Source of the DNA: Polyangiales bacterium
GTDB lineage: Bacteria > Myxococcota_A > Polyangia > Polyangiales > Ga0077539
Length of the DNA stretch: 64,000 bases
NCBI GenBank assembly: GCA_044229975.1
Contig: JBGARZ010000006.1
Span: 448,001 to 512,000, forward strand
Reading direction: 5' to 3'
Made by a program: the position numbers and the translations under genes. The notes beneath the pieces were generated by a model that saw nothing but the letters and a program-made list of their open reading frames with translations, was not told the DNA's origin and did not search any database. Positions 18,599-28,670 of this stretch are shown in pieces. How positions within the stretch are numbered: position 1 is the first letter of the stretch; each line of letters starts with the position of its first letter.

Positions 18599-20299
18599 TC
18601 AGCCGTCGACGACCAGCCGACGGCCGATCACCGTCTCGTTGCCATCGGCGTCGCGCGCGACGACCTCGACGAGGTGCGTGCAGCCATCGCGCGTCGGCAG
18701 CGTGACGTCGCCGTCGAAGCCCGCGGCGGCGGGGCAGCCCGCGTAGTTGGGGTACACCGCGCACACGTCGGGACGCGCCGTGGAGCGCGGGAGCGTGGCG
18801 GCGACGGCGCCGTCGACGCGCACGACCACGGAGGCGAGCGCGGCGTTGTCGAGGGCCCAGCCGTTGACGTGGAAGCGACCGTCGGTGGCGCGCGCGGTGG
18901 CACCGGCGGCGGGCCCGTCGACGGTGCCGAAGGGGGCGCGTTGGCGGGTGACGACGTCGTTCATGAGAGAGCGGACGGTGTCGAAGCTGCCGAGGGCGAG
19001 GTACGAGCGGCCGCGCACGGTGGCGCCGGCGTTGAGGCCGAAGGACTGCCGCGGGCGGACGTTGTGGAAGTAGGGCGCGCCGCTGCCGCTGCCTTCCCAG
19101 GCTTGATAGTCCTGACCGGCGTGGTCCATGGCCATCGCGACGCCGTAGTCGCGGGCGCGATGCTGCCAGGTGACCCACGGTCCGGCGCTGCGGAAGTTGG
19201 CGTAGACGAATCCGTCGTTGGCGGGCGTCGACGCGACGATGGCAGCGCCCGCGGAGTCGAGGAGCAGCGGGAGGTCGGTGGAGGCGCCGCCGTGGCCGAC
19301 GTAGAGCGTGGGGAATTCCTGCTCGGTGGGCAGGTGCGAGATGGCTTCGCCCGAGGTGAGCTCCATCGCGACCTCGACGACGTTGGAGTGCACAAAGCGG
19401 AACGCCAGCGTGTACGTGACCTCGACCTCGACGGCGGCCGCGGGGCAGGCGGAGCGGCGGCAGTCGGGGGCGTTCCAGTCGGGGTTCCATTGGGTGGGGC
19501 GGACGGCGACGACCATGCGGTCACCCTCGACGCCGCTGCGCAGAACGCGCGCTCCGTGGTTGCACTCGTCGCCGCCCTGCACCGGGTCCCACCCGAGGAA
19601 GGTGATGGAGTTGCCGCAAGGGTTGACGCCCATGCACGACGCGTCGTGGGCGCATCCCTGGAAGGTGCGCTGCGGGTCGTAGAGGGCGATCTGGAGCTCG
19701 CGGCCCGTGTCGTTGGCGTCGATGGTGTTGGACGAGGCAACACCCTGCTGGCCGAAGAAGACGACGGAGCCGCCCCAGTCGAGGCGCACGGCGATCTCGG
19801 CGACGCCAGAGGGGCCGACGAGGTAGAGGTCGCGGTGGCCGCCGGTGGTGACCATGCGGGTGGTGGGGGTTCCGACGGTGGGGAGGCCGGTGGCGGCCCA
19901 CGGGTCGGGGTCGGCGGGCGGCGCAGGGAGCGTCGGACAGACGGGCGCAGGAGGGACGTCGGGCACATCGACGGGCGGCGGTGGGACGTCGACGGGTGCA
20001 GGCGGCGTGTCGATGGGAGCAGGGACGTCGATGGGCGGCGGTGGGGTGTCGATGGGGGCTGGGACGTCGATGGCGATGGGGATGTCGCGTGAGCCGCTGT
20101 CGACGGAGGGGCGGTCGACGGCGACGTCGATGAAGCCGGCATCGGGAGCGCCGAGGTCGCTCGGAGGCGTGACGATGTCGTCGGTGGAGCTGCTCTTGTC
20201 ATCGACGGTGGCGGCGTCTTCGGTGGGCGCGTTGGTGGAACCCTCGGCGCAGCCCATCGCCACCATCGCCAACAGGCACCAGTGTGTTGCGTGCTTCAC
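18599..20299 (-). CDS. Lipoprotein with Pro/DVP tether, unknown beta-rich domain and C-terminal Ig-like domain
   Basis: GTG start KHATHWCLLAMVAMG-C, DVPAPIDTPP repeats, C-terminal PFGTVD...VNGWALD...RPDV...GF pattern. Confidence 0.82.
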   Translation of the reverse strand: MKHATHWCLLAMVAMGCAEGSTNAPTEDAATVDDKSSSTDDIVTPPSDLGAPDAGFIDVAVDRPSVDSGSRDIPIAIDVPAPIDTPPPPIDVPAPIDTPPAPVDVPPPPVDVPDVPPAPVCPTLPAPPADPDPWAATGLPTVGTPTTRMVTTGGHRDLYLVGPSGVAEIAVRLDWGGSVVFFGQQGVASSNTIDANDTGRELQIALYDPQRTFQGCAHDASCMGVNPCGNSITFLGWDPVQGGDECNHGARVLRSGVEGDRMVVAVRPTQWNPDWNAPDCRRSACPAAAVEVEVTYTLAFRFVHSNVVEVAMELTSGEAISHLPTEQEFPTLYVGHGGASTDLPLLLDSAGAAIVASTPANDGFVYANFRSAGPWVTWQHRARDYGVAMAMDHAGQDYQAWEGSGSGAPYFHNVRPRQSFGLNAGATVRGRSYLALGSFDTVRSLMNDVVTRQRAPFGTVDGPAAGATARATDGRFHVNGWALDNAALASVVVRVDGAVAATLPRSTARPDVCAVYPNYAGCPAAAGFDGDVTLPTRDGCTHLVEVVARDADGNETVIGRRLVVDG

Positions 20300-20409
20300 G
20301 GCGCGGAGTCTCGCACACCGCCGCGCCCGCCCTCGACGAAGCGCCACGGACGTTGACCCGATGCGTACCTACCCGAAGGAACCGGACCGCCCACGCCCGC
20401 AGTGACGGG

Positions 20410-21765
20410 TCAGCGCACCACGCGGCGGTAGTAGATGCCGCCGTCGGGCTTGCGGTAGGCGACGTGGACGCTCGTCGCGTCGGTGACGGCGCTACAGAAG
20501 AGCCCCGCGTCGACCTCGCCGTCGATGCTGCGTTCGGTGGAGGTTCCGTCGGGGCGGACGAGGATGAGCCGCAGCTCGGTGGCCGTGACGGGCATGCCGA
20601 CGCCCGCGTAGACGAAGAGCGCGACGGCGCCGTCGGCGAAGGCCGCGGCGCACCAGTTGTCGGCGGCGTACCGAACGGGTCCGACGGTGTTCATCGTCCA
20701 CATGGGTGAGCCTTGGCGGAAGATGCGGTAGCGCGTGGTGTCGCCGAAGCGCCCGGAGGCATCGGCGGTGATGGCGATGTAGCCCGCGGAGACGCGCAGG
20801 AGGTCGGCGCCCCACACCTCCGTGAGCGACGAGCCGAGGTCGGGGAAGGAGCCGATGGCGGTGGTGGTGACGGAGGTTCCGGTGCGCGCGGTGTAGTGGG
20901 CGATGGTGGAGGGGGCGGACTCGTCGGCCACGGTGAAGAGCGACAGCGGTGAGTCGCCATGGACGGCCGCGGCGATGCGCCCGATGGCGATGCCGAAGGA
21001 GGAGCCCGCGATGCGCGGCGCGATCTCCTCGTCGACGACGGTGGAGCCTTCGAGCGCGAGGTGGCGCACGCGCGACGCGACGCCGGTGGCGGTGGTGAGG
21101 GGAATGACGACGTGCACGGCGCCCGCGGCGGTGACGTGGACGTCGGGGCGCACGGCGGTGTTGTGGTTGACCGAGTGGTCGCCGAGGAGGCGGGGCGTCC
21201 AGGTGGTGGCGGTGGCGGTCGAGGCGAAGACGCGGAAGCCGTAGCCCACGCCGGAGCGGGACACGTACTGCGTGTAGCCGAGGTGACGAGCGCCCGCGGC
21301 GTCGATGGCGTACCCGATGCGCGAGACGGCCGAGGGGAGCGTGTCGGCGGTCTCGTGGGTCCACGAGGAGCCGGAGCGGGTGGAGACGACGACGAGCGTG
21401 GGGCCGCCGCCGTTGGTTCCGTAGGCGATGGTGGGGTTGCCGGCGCGGTCGAGGGTGATGGCGGTGGTTCCGCCCATGGCGGCGGAGACGCGCTCGGCGC
21501 CGGTGACGGGGACGTCGGGCGGCGCGACGACGTCGGGCACGTCGACGGATGGGCGGTCGAGCGCCGCGGGCACGTCAACGGGAGGAATGTCGGCAGTGGG
21601 AACATCGATGGCGGCGGGGACATCGATGACGGGGCGGTCGATGACGGGAGGGACATCGACAGTGGGGACGTCGGCGCGGCCTGCGTCGACGGGCGCGATG
21701 GGGTCTTCGCTGCAACCGGCCGCGAGGGGCAACGACAGGACAACGACGGCGAGGTGAGCGCGCAT
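20410..21765 (-). CDS. Lipoprotein with DVP tether and beta-propeller-like domain
   Basis: MRAHLAVVVLSLPLAAG-C, DVP repeats, blade-like motifs (AITLDRAGNPTIAY, AIDAAGARHLGY, VHVAY). Confidence 0.82.
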   Translation of the reverse strand: MRAHLAVVVLSLPLAAGCSEDPIAPVDAGRADVPTVDVPPVIDRPVIDVPAAIDVPTADIPPVDVPAALDRPSVDVPDVVAPPDVPVTGAERVSAAMGGTTAITLDRAGNPTIAYGTNGGGPTLVVVSTRSGSSWTHETADTLPSAVSRIGYAIDAAGARHLGYTQYVSRSGVGYGFRVFASTATATTWTPRLLGDHSVNHNTAVRPDVHVTAAGAVHVVIPLTTATGVASRVRHLALEGSTVVDEEIAPRIAGSSFGIAIGRIAAAVHGDSPLSLFTVADESAPSTIAHYTARTGTSVTTTAIGSFPDLGSSLTEVWGADLLRVSAGYIAITADASGRFGDTTRYRIFRQGSPMWTMNTVGPVRYAADNWCAAAFADGAVALFVYAGVGMPVTATELRLILVRPDGTSTERSIDGEVDAGLFCSAVTDATSVHVAYRKPDGGIYYRRVVR

Positions 21766-21882
21766 CGCGGCGCCATAGAACGGACGGGCGTGGGCGACAA
21801 GGAAGGGAGGCGCGCAGGCGATGGGATGGGGCGTCGCGCCGACGGGTTGCTCCGGCGATGGCGTCACAGGTAGAACGACCCC

Positions 21883-23019
21883 GTGGCCATCACGCTGTTC
21901 GCGAAGAACTTCAAGGCGCTCCGCGACGCGAGGCTCACCGTTGAACCGGGTCTGTCGGCGCTGGTCGGTCCGAACGGCGCGGGCAAGACCACGCTACTGC
22001 AATTAGGCAGCGTGCTCGCCACGGCCGCCGGACCGGACGGGCCTGCCGCAGGAATCGAACGCCACGTCGGGATACGCGACCTGAAGCACCTCGACGCGTC
22101 CAAGGAAGAGCCGATCGTCATTGGCTTCGAGGACGACCAGGGATACCGCTGGAGCTTCGAGCCAGCGCCCGCTGGCAACGGACTCTCACCGTACCCAGCC
22201 GAGACCTTGCGAGTGCCCGACGAGGTCGCCTTCAAGGACATCAACGGCTTCAAGACTGGCGGGGGCGAGACTGCATTTGCGTGGGGAAACACACTGATCA
22301 ACCGGGACGACCGAAGCGCTCTGCGACAACTGTTCGACCGTGACCCCTTGAGCCAGGACATTGTCGCAACGCTGATCGAGCGGTTGGAAGGCTACCGTCT
22401 CTACATGGACTATGGACTGAGCCGTCTCCGCCTGAACGGCTCTCCGGGTTCAGGTCGCGTGCACCTCTCGCAAGACGGCGGCAATGCATTCTCGGTGCTG
22501 CGAAACTGGCGTGACAAGAGCGCCATGCGCCCGCGGTGGGACCTCGTGCTCACCGGCCTGCGTGAGTGCTTCGACTGGTTCGACGGCCTCGACTTCGAGA
22601 GCACGGCGCAGATCGTGAGCGCCCAGCTCGTACTGCGCGGCCGCAACAACCAGACGGTCTCGGTCGCTTCGGCGGCGAACGGATGGTTCGTCGCGATGCT
22701 CCACCTGTGCGCGGTCGCGTCGGCGGACGACGGTCAGACGGTGGCGATCGACGAGTTCGAGGACGCGCTGCACCCCTTCGCCATCAACCGCCTGCTCGAC
22801 ATCCTCGATGACTACCTGCGCGGCCGCTCCATCAGCGTGCTGCTCTCGACCCACTCCCCCACGGTGCTCGACTGGTTCGAGGCCCGACCCGACCGTGTGC
22901 TCGTGCTCCCGGGCGACGGCACCTCCCCGCGACGTTTGACCGACCTGCGAGACCGCGAATGGCTCACGCACTTCCGCCTGGGGCAGCTCTTCCAGACCGA
23001 AGGCTTCGCGGGTGCGTGA
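21883..23019 (+). CDS. ABC-superfamily (AAA_15/AAA_21-like) ATPase
   Basis: KNFKALR, LVGPNGAGKT, signature-like SAANG, IDEFEDALHP, LSTHSP, and C-terminal LGQLF. Confidence 0.9.
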   Translation: MAITLFAKNFKALRDARLTVEPGLSALVGPNGAGKTTLLQLGSVLATAAGPDGPAAGIERHVGIRDLKHLDASKEEPIVIGFEDDQGYRWSFEPAPAGNGLSPYPAETLRVPDEVAFKDINGFKTGGGETAFAWGNTLINRDDRSALRQLFDRDPLSQDIVATLIERLEGYRLYMDYGLSRLRLNGSPGSGRVHLSQDGGNAFSVLRNWRDKSAMRPRWDLVLTGLRECFDWFDGLDFESTAQIVSAQLVLRGRNNQTVSVASAANGWFVAMLHLCAVASADDGQTVAIDEFEDALHPFAINRLLDILDDYLRGRSISVLLSTHSPTVLDWFEARPDRVLVLPGDGTSPRRLTDLRDREWLTHFRLGQLFQTEGFAGA

Positions 23020-23977
23020 GCGACGCACCACGATCCAGCTCGTGGTGACTGGTGACCTGGAAGAGTTCCTCCCCACGGTCCTGGGTCGCCTGTTTCCCGA
23101 GGCGGATTTCCCGCCCGTACAGCGGGCCCTGTCGTTCACGGCGACACTGATCGGCCCGCCGCCTCCTCTCCCGCCGGGTTCGCTCCCAGACGCGCTGAAG
23201 GGCTTCGAGCTGATGAGCCGCACCCTCGCTGCCATCGATCCTGGCGCGCACGGCAACCCGGCGGACTACGCCATCGCCATCGACGACGTCGAGGTCGAGA
23301 ACCGCGGCAATGAGTCAGCGATCGTCGATCATGTGCGCTTCCTCCTGGGACACTTGATCGAGCGCGGCCCGCACGACCGCAGGAACAACCCCCTCGTCTC
23401 GACGCGGCCAGACGAACCCGACCGCGGCATCTACCGGCCGCTCAAGACGCCCCAACGGCGGCGCGACGCGCTCCGGGAGCGTTGCTCGTTCCATCTCATG
23501 GCCCCGATGATCGAAGCCCCCTTCTTCGCTGACTTCGCCACGGTGCGAAGCGGGCTCGGGCCGCGTCAGGTCCGCGCGCCAGACTTTGATCCCAGCACGC
23601 AGGACTGCGAACAGTTCGTGACGGGCGACCCCGGCTACCTCGCACCGCCCGACAATTGGAAGGCACCCGGAGCGACCTTCGCCGCGCAGTGGGCGCGCGC
23701 GAACCGGCAGCATCACCCGAAGCACTACCTCGAATATCTGCTCGACCCGGGCGGCATCGAACGCAGGCCATATCGCGAGAAGGTCGACGGTCTGTCCGTC
23801 CTCTCTCAGCTCAACTGGGACACGGTCTTCTCGGTCCCATCCCACGCCACGCTTCTGCGCTCGCTCATCGATGACGTCGCGAGCATGTGCGGCGTGCCTC
23901 CGCCCCGATGGGCCGTCGGAGACCTCCATCCGCTGACCCAGGTTCGTAAAGGCGGCCTTCTGCGCAACATCGCCTGA
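23012..23977 (+). CDS. Putative TOPRIM-like (DUF4276/RloB-like) partner of the ATPase
   Basis: Overlaps the ATPase stop by 8 nt (GTGCGTGA). IQLVVTGDLEE, IAIDDVE, PMIEAPFFAD and HPKHYL motifs. Confidence 0.7.
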   Translation: MRERRTTIQLVVTGDLEEFLPTVLGRLFPEADFPPVQRALSFTATLIGPPPPLPPGSLPDALKGFELMSRTLAAIDPGAHGNPADYAIAIDDVEVENRGNESAIVDHVRFLLGHLIERGPHDRRNNPLVSTRPDEPDRGIYRPLKTPQRRRDALRERCSFHLMAPMIEAPFFADFATVRSGLGPRQVRAPDFDPSTQDCEQFVTGDPGYLAPPDNWKAPGATFAAQWARANRQHHPKHYLEYLLDPGGIERRPYREKVDGLSVLSQLNWDTVFSVPSHATLLRSLIDDVASMCGVPPPRWAVGDLHPLTQVRKGGLLRNIA

Positions 23978-24010
23978 CCCGACGCGTCGTGGGTGCTGCG
24001 CCCGTCGCCG

Positions 24011-25957
24011 TCACGGGATGCGCCAGCAGTACAGAGCACCGCGCTCGGTGCCCACGAGCACGCGCGACTCGTCGGGCGACAGCGCGAGCGACGTGACCTC
24101 GTCGGCGCACGGGAGCGCGGTCCGGAACATCACACCCTCCGCCGAGAGAAACCTCGGACCGGCCCCCTCACTCAGGATCCACTCTGGTCCCATGGCGTCG
24201 AGGTCCCACGACCACAGCTTGTCGTAGGCGAGCGCGGCGACCACGCGACGTCGGCCCAAGGCGAGGTGCCGGGTCACGCGAGGCGGCCCGATCTTCACCG
24301 AGCGGAGGCACTCACCCGACGGAAACGCGCGCACCGAGAAGCGAGGCGTCGTCTCGTCGTGCATCCAGATCATCGCCGCGCAGTCCGGAGAGAGCACGAT
24401 GCGCGAGCGCGAACGCGCGACACGAAACTCGCTGAACGCATCGTAGTCGCCGGACTCCGATCGCCCTCCGTGTGCCATCTGCCACCAGCGCAACGTCGGC
24501 TCTTCGGCCTGCGGGGGTGAGTGGAGCGCGGCGATCCCGGCCGCGGGCGTGTAGCGCAGCTCGTCGCACGCGACCTCGACGGGGCGACCGTCCATCCGCA
24601 GCGACCACGAGGCGACGTCGACCTCATACACGGGGCCGCGGACCTCGCCGCCCAGCACGCACAGCGAGTCGCCGTCGGGCGCGACGCGCATGCCTCCGAC
24701 GCGCACCGGGTCGACCTCCGACGGGAGTTGCAACGAGGCGACCTCCAGGCCGCGCGAGAGGTCCCACGCCTTCACGACGCCGCGAGCCGACGAGCTGTAC
24801 AGCCTCGCCCGGTCGGGCGCGAAGCCGACGGCGTGCACCGGGTCGTCGTGACCTTCGAGGTGCCACAGCAGGCGGCCGTCGTCGGCGCTCCAGACGCGCA
24901 CCCCGTCGACGCTTCCGCTCGCGACGAGGGCGCCGTCGATGGACCACGCGACGCCGCGCACCGGACCATCGTGCGCGACAAAGAACGACCGCTCCCCGGA
25001 GGCTGCGTCGAAGCCCTGCAACGCATGCCCCTGGAGGAGCAACGCGCGGCGGCCGTCGCGCGACGGGACGGTTCGTCGGCTGTCGGGAGCGACGACGGAC
25101 CGCGGGGGCGATCCGTCGGCGCGAACGCATGTCAGCCCGGAGTCGTGGACGAGGACCTCACCGGCGACCTGACCGGTGAACAGTCCGCGCACCCGCCCCC
25201 GCGTCGCCACCGGCGTGACCGTGGCATGGGGCGCGAGGGCACAACGGTACAGACCCCCGCCGCTCTCCGCGAGCCAGAGGTGTTGCTCGTCCGCGTCGAA
25301 GGCCAGCGCGTTCCACGTCGAGTGTGTCGGCAGCTCGATCGAGGCTGCGTCGTCTCCGCGCAACGACGGCTCGATCACCAGCATCCGTCTGCCCGCCCGC
25401 CAGGCGATGTAGGCGACGCGGCGTCCGTCCGGCGACAGCGCGACGCCGCGCTGTCCGTACGGCGACAGCGTGGCGACGCGTTGTGCGTCGAGGTTGCGCC
25501 CCTCCGCCTTGCCGAGGGACGCACGCTCCCACACGCGGACCTCGCGCGTCGTGGCGACAAGGATGCGCTCGCCCGCGACCTCGATACCCAGGACTTCCCC
25601 GCTGACCACCAGGAGAAGCGTCAACCGCGCCGACGACCCACAGACGTCGAGGAGCACCACCTGCCCTTCGGAGGTTCCGATCAGAGCGGTGCCATCGTCC
25701 AGCGATGTCGCGACGATGAGCATCGGGCGCCGCGACCAGGGTCGACGCACGATCCCAGCGCCATCGACCTCCTCGTCGCGGCGGCGGAGCCCGGTCGCCA
25801 GCTCGATCTCGACGTAGCGGACGACGTTTCCCCCCGCGAGGCAGTGCACCACCGCGCGGTCGTCCGAGAACCAGAACACCGCGTCGAGCGACGGCGTGAT
25901 CCCGTCCTCCCGACACCACGCGAGCTCCCATCCGTCCACGGCGCGCGACCGTATCAC
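24011..25957 (-). CDS. WD40 repeat protein
   Basis: AHDGPVRGVAWS.DG..VASGS..VRVW, GHDDPVHAVGFAPD...VKAWD and VTSLALSPD repeats. Start uncertain. Confidence 0.85.
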   Translation of the reverse strand: MIRSRAVDGWELAWCREDGITPSLDAVFWFSDDRAVVHCLAGGNVVRYVEIELATGLRRRDEEVDGAGIVRRPWSRRPMLIVATSLDDGTALIGTSEGQVVLLDVCGSSARLTLLLVVSGEVLGIEVAGERILVATTREVRVWERASLGKAEGRNLDAQRVATLSPYGQRGVALSPDGRRVAYIAWRAGRRMLVIEPSLRGDDAASIELPTHSTWNALAFDADEQHLWLAESGGGLYRCALAPHATVTPVATRGRVRGLFTGQVAGEVLVHDSGLTCVRADGSPPRSVVAPDSRRTVPSRDGRRALLLQGHALQGFDAASGERSFFVAHDGPVRGVAWSIDGALVASGSVDGVRVWSADDGRLLWHLEGHDDPVHAVGFAPDRARLYSSSARGVVKAWDLSRGLEVASLQLPSEVDPVRVGGMRVAPDGDSLCVLGGEVRGPVYEVDVASWSLRMDGRPVEVACDELRYTPAAGIAALHSPPQAEEPTLRWWQMAHGGRSESGDYDAFSEFRVARSRSRIVLSPDCAAMIWMHDETTPRFSVRAFPSGECLRSVKIGPPRVTRHLALGRRRVVAALAYDKLWSWDLDAMGPEWILSEGAGPRFLSAEGVMFRTALPCADEVTSLALSPDESRVLVGTERGALYCWRIP

Positions 25958-25987
25958 CGCCCGTCGCCCGCGATACCATCGCCGCCG

Positions 25988-28408
25988 ATGGGACTCCCTC
26001 GCGCCTCGCTCGCGCTCTTCGCCCTCTCGGCCTGCACCGACGCCGCCACGCCCGCGCCCGCTGCCGACGCGGGCCCGGTGCTCCCCGCGCTCACCGCCGA
26101 CGCCACCGAGCTCACTGCGTGCCCCGTCGCCGCAGCCTCCGTCGGCGCCGCTCGCGCGCTACACCTCCGCTGCGACGCGCAGCTCGCCACTGGCCCGCTC
26201 GCCATGGGCCGCGTCGGTGACGTCGTCCTCGAAAACGCCGTCGCCCGCTTCATCCTCCGCGCGGGCGACGAGTCCGCCACCACCATCGGCGCGCCCGGCG
26301 GCGGCATCATCGACGCCACCACCGTCCCGACCACCGCGCCCGATCTGGTGAAGGAGATCCTCCCGACGCTCAACCTCTACGGCCTCACCGTGGGCCCGCT
26401 GGTGGTCGTTCGCGCCTCGGGGCGCGAGGCCGTCGTGCGCGCCGCCTTCACCCCGCGACCGCTCGAACTCATCCAGGCCGTCATCCCCCTCGCGCTCCAG
26501 CGCCCTGCCCTCCGCGGCGTCGTCGAGTACGCGCTCTCCGCCGACGACCCGGCGTTGCGCGTCCGCATCTGCGCCGTCCCCGAAGGCGACACCGGAACCA
26601 CCACCGTCAGCGCCGGGGCCGTCGCCATCCTCGGCGGCGCGGGCGAGGTCGTCGCACCGGGCGGTGGCGTTCTCGACGGCGAGATGGCCACCGCCGTCAG
26701 CCGCGCGCTCATCGCCGAGTCGCCCGACACCGCCGTCGGCGTCGCCCTCGACGCGCCCGCGACCGTCATCCACGCCGGAACCGTCAGCCTCCTCAACGCC
26801 AGCGCCCGCATCAACTTCGCGAGCGACACGCTCCGCTGCACCACGCTCCGCGTCGCCTCTGCCGTCACGGCCGCGGTCGCCTACGACGCGCTCGGTCTCG
26901 ACGCCGACACTGCCCTCGTCGACGTCGCCGTCCCCGCGGGTGGTCGCGCCGAGCTCTCCAACGACGCCGGTCGCATCATCCTCCGATCGCGCGGCGTCGA
27001 CGGTCACGTGCGAGCCCACCTGCGCGTCGATGCCGCTCGCACCCGCGTGGCTCGCGACGGCGGAGAGTTCGGCGCGCCCGATGCCATCCCCGGTGTCGGC
27101 ACTCTCCGCGTCGACGCGTCGGTGCGCGATGCGCCGGGAGCCCCCGTTCGCATCACGGTGGTGCGGGAAGGCGGCGAGTACGAGCGGCGCTGGGTGGTCA
27201 CCGGGACGGACACTCGTGCGTTGCCGGTGGGGCGCTACCGGGTGTCGGCCTCGCGCGGCATGGAGCACACCGCGGTCACGTCGGACGTCACCGTCGCCGC
27301 GGGCGCGGAGGTGCGCTTCGACGCGGTGCTGGAGCGCGTGGTCGCGACGCCGGGCTACGTCTCGACGGACTTCCACCTGCACACCGAGCTCTCGACGGAC
27401 AGCACGCACCCGGTGGGCGACGCCGTTCGTCAGATGGCGGGCGAGGGACTCGAACTCGTCGCGGGGACCGACCACGATTTCATCACCGACCTCGACGCCG
27501 TGGCGACGAGCGTGGGCGTTCGCGAGTGGCTGCTCCCCGTGGCGGGCGCCGAGGTGTCGACGGTGCGCCTCGGGCACTACGGGGCTTATCCATTGCGGCG
27601 CGATGTGACGAGGGCGGGGGCCAACGCGGTTCCGTGGTTTGGGCTGTCACCGGCGCAGATCGCGCGGGCGCTGCGGGAGCGCGGCGACGACGTGGTGGTG
27701 CAGGTGAACCATCCGCGACTGCGAGGCACTGGCGTCTTCGATCAGATCGGGCTCAACGCGGCGACGGGGATGGCGCTGGGTGATCCGACGCGGGTGGGTC
27801 TCCCTGCGGGCACCGACCTCACCCCATTGGACTTCGACGTCGTCGAGGTCTGGAACGGCTACACCCGCGGCGACAACGAGCGCACCTTCGCCGACTGGCT
27901 GGCGCTGCGCGCGGTGGGTCGACGCTTCGTGATGGTGGGCAACTCGGACAGCCATCGACCGGACAAGCCACCGGGCGCGCCGCGGTCGTTCGTGCGCGTG
28001 GCGGATGACGGTCGCGGACGAGTGAGCTGGGCGGACGTTAGGGCGGGGTTGCGTGCGGGTGACGTGAGCGTCGGGGCGGGGCTCTACGTGGAGGCGGTGG
28101 CCAACGACACGGTGCGACCGGGCGGGCGAGCGACGGCGCGCGACGGACGGGTGAGCTTGCGGGTGCGAGTGCAGGGTCCACCGTGGGCGGACTGCACGCG
28201 GCTGCGGGTGTACCGCGGCACCGAGGTGGTGATCGATCGACCCGTGACGACGCCGAGCGACCGCGTGGTGCGCGTCGACGAGGTGGTGACGGTGGAGGTC
28301 GCGCGGGAGAGCTTCCTGGTGGTGCGAGCGGACGGGATGAGGGACGCGACGCCGGTGTTCGACTACGCGCCCTTTGGCATCACCAACGCCATCGACGTCG
28401 GGCCGTGA
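25988..28408 (+). CDS. CehA/McbA-type PHP metallohydrolase lipoprotein
   Basis: MGLPRASLALFALSA-C lipobox, GDVVLEN, SRGMEH, DFHLHT, TDHD, GAEVS, VNHPR, EVWNG and GNSDSH motifs. Confidence 0.9.
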   Translation: MGLPRASLALFALSACTDAATPAPAADAGPVLPALTADATELTACPVAAASVGAARALHLRCDAQLATGPLAMGRVGDVVLENAVARFILRAGDESATTIGAPGGGIIDATTVPTTAPDLVKEILPTLNLYGLTVGPLVVVRASGREAVVRAAFTPRPLELIQAVIPLALQRPALRGVVEYALSADDPALRVRICAVPEGDTGTTTVSAGAVAILGGAGEVVAPGGGVLDGEMATAVSRALIAESPDTAVGVALDAPATVIHAGTVSLLNASARINFASDTLRCTTLRVASAVTAAVAYDALGLDADTALVDVAVPAGGRAELSNDAGRIILRSRGVDGHVRAHLRVDAARTRVARDGGEFGAPDAIPGVGTLRVDASVRDAPGAPVRITVVREGGEYERRWVVTGTDTRALPVGRYRVSASRGMEHTAVTSDVTVAAGAEVRFDAVLERVVATPGYVSTDFHLHTELSTDSTHPVGDAVRQMAGEGLELVAGTDHDFITDLDAVATSVGVREWLLPVAGAEVSTVRLGHYGAYPLRRDVTRAGANAVPWFGLSPAQIARALRERGDDVVVQVNHPRLRGTGVFDQIGLNAATGMALGDPTRVGLPAGTDLTPLDFDVVEVWNGYTRGDNERTFADWLALRAVGRRFVMVGNSDSHRPDKPPGAPRSFVRVADDGRGRVSWADVRAGLRAGDVSVGAGLYVEAVANDTVRPGGRATARDGRVSLRVRVQGPPWADCTRLRVYRGTEVVIDRPVTTPSDRVVRVDEVVTVEVARESFLVVRADGMRDATPVFDYAPFGITNAIDVGP

Positions 28409-28444
28409 GCGGGGCAGTTGGGGGAATCCCGGCGGTAGGCGTGA

Positions 28445-28637
28445 GCCTCACCCCCCAACCCCCTCTCCGTTGACCCTCGCAGACTCGGGCTCGGCCGGAG
28501 AGGGGGAGCAAGAGGGATCAAGAAGTTCACGACCGCCTGAAGTTCCCTGAACAGCGTCCCTGTTGCCTCTTGCTCCCCCTCTCCGGCCGAGCCCGAGTCT
28601 GCGAGGGTCAACGGAGAGGGGGGTTGGGGGGTGAGGC
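28445..28637. repeat. REPIN/MITE-like inverted repeat (71/72-bp arms, 50-nt spacer)
   Basis: 28445-28515 is the reverse complement of 28566-28637 except for one extra base in a homopolymer run. Each arm contains its own CCCCCTCTCCG...CGGAGAGGGGG hairpin. Confidence 0.9.
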
Positions 28638-28670
28638 ACGCGCGCCGAACGAGACCTCCCTGCGGCAGGC

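Noticed and set aside
18495..19490. Apparent 330-aa N-terminal extension of HflX in the ORF track
   Set aside because: Mostly overlaps the 18599-20299 lipoprotein in another frame and has shadow composition. The SD points to a start at 18494.
24011..25957. WD40 gene as a third component of the ATPase-TOPRIM system
   Set aside because: It is convergent rather than co-transcribed, and WD40 proteins are common in such genomes. Adjacency is the only link.
24521..25987. Apparent N-terminal extension of the PHP hydrolase (1295-aa ORF)
   Set aside because: Antisense to the WD40 gene. The lipoprotein signal begins at ATG 25988.
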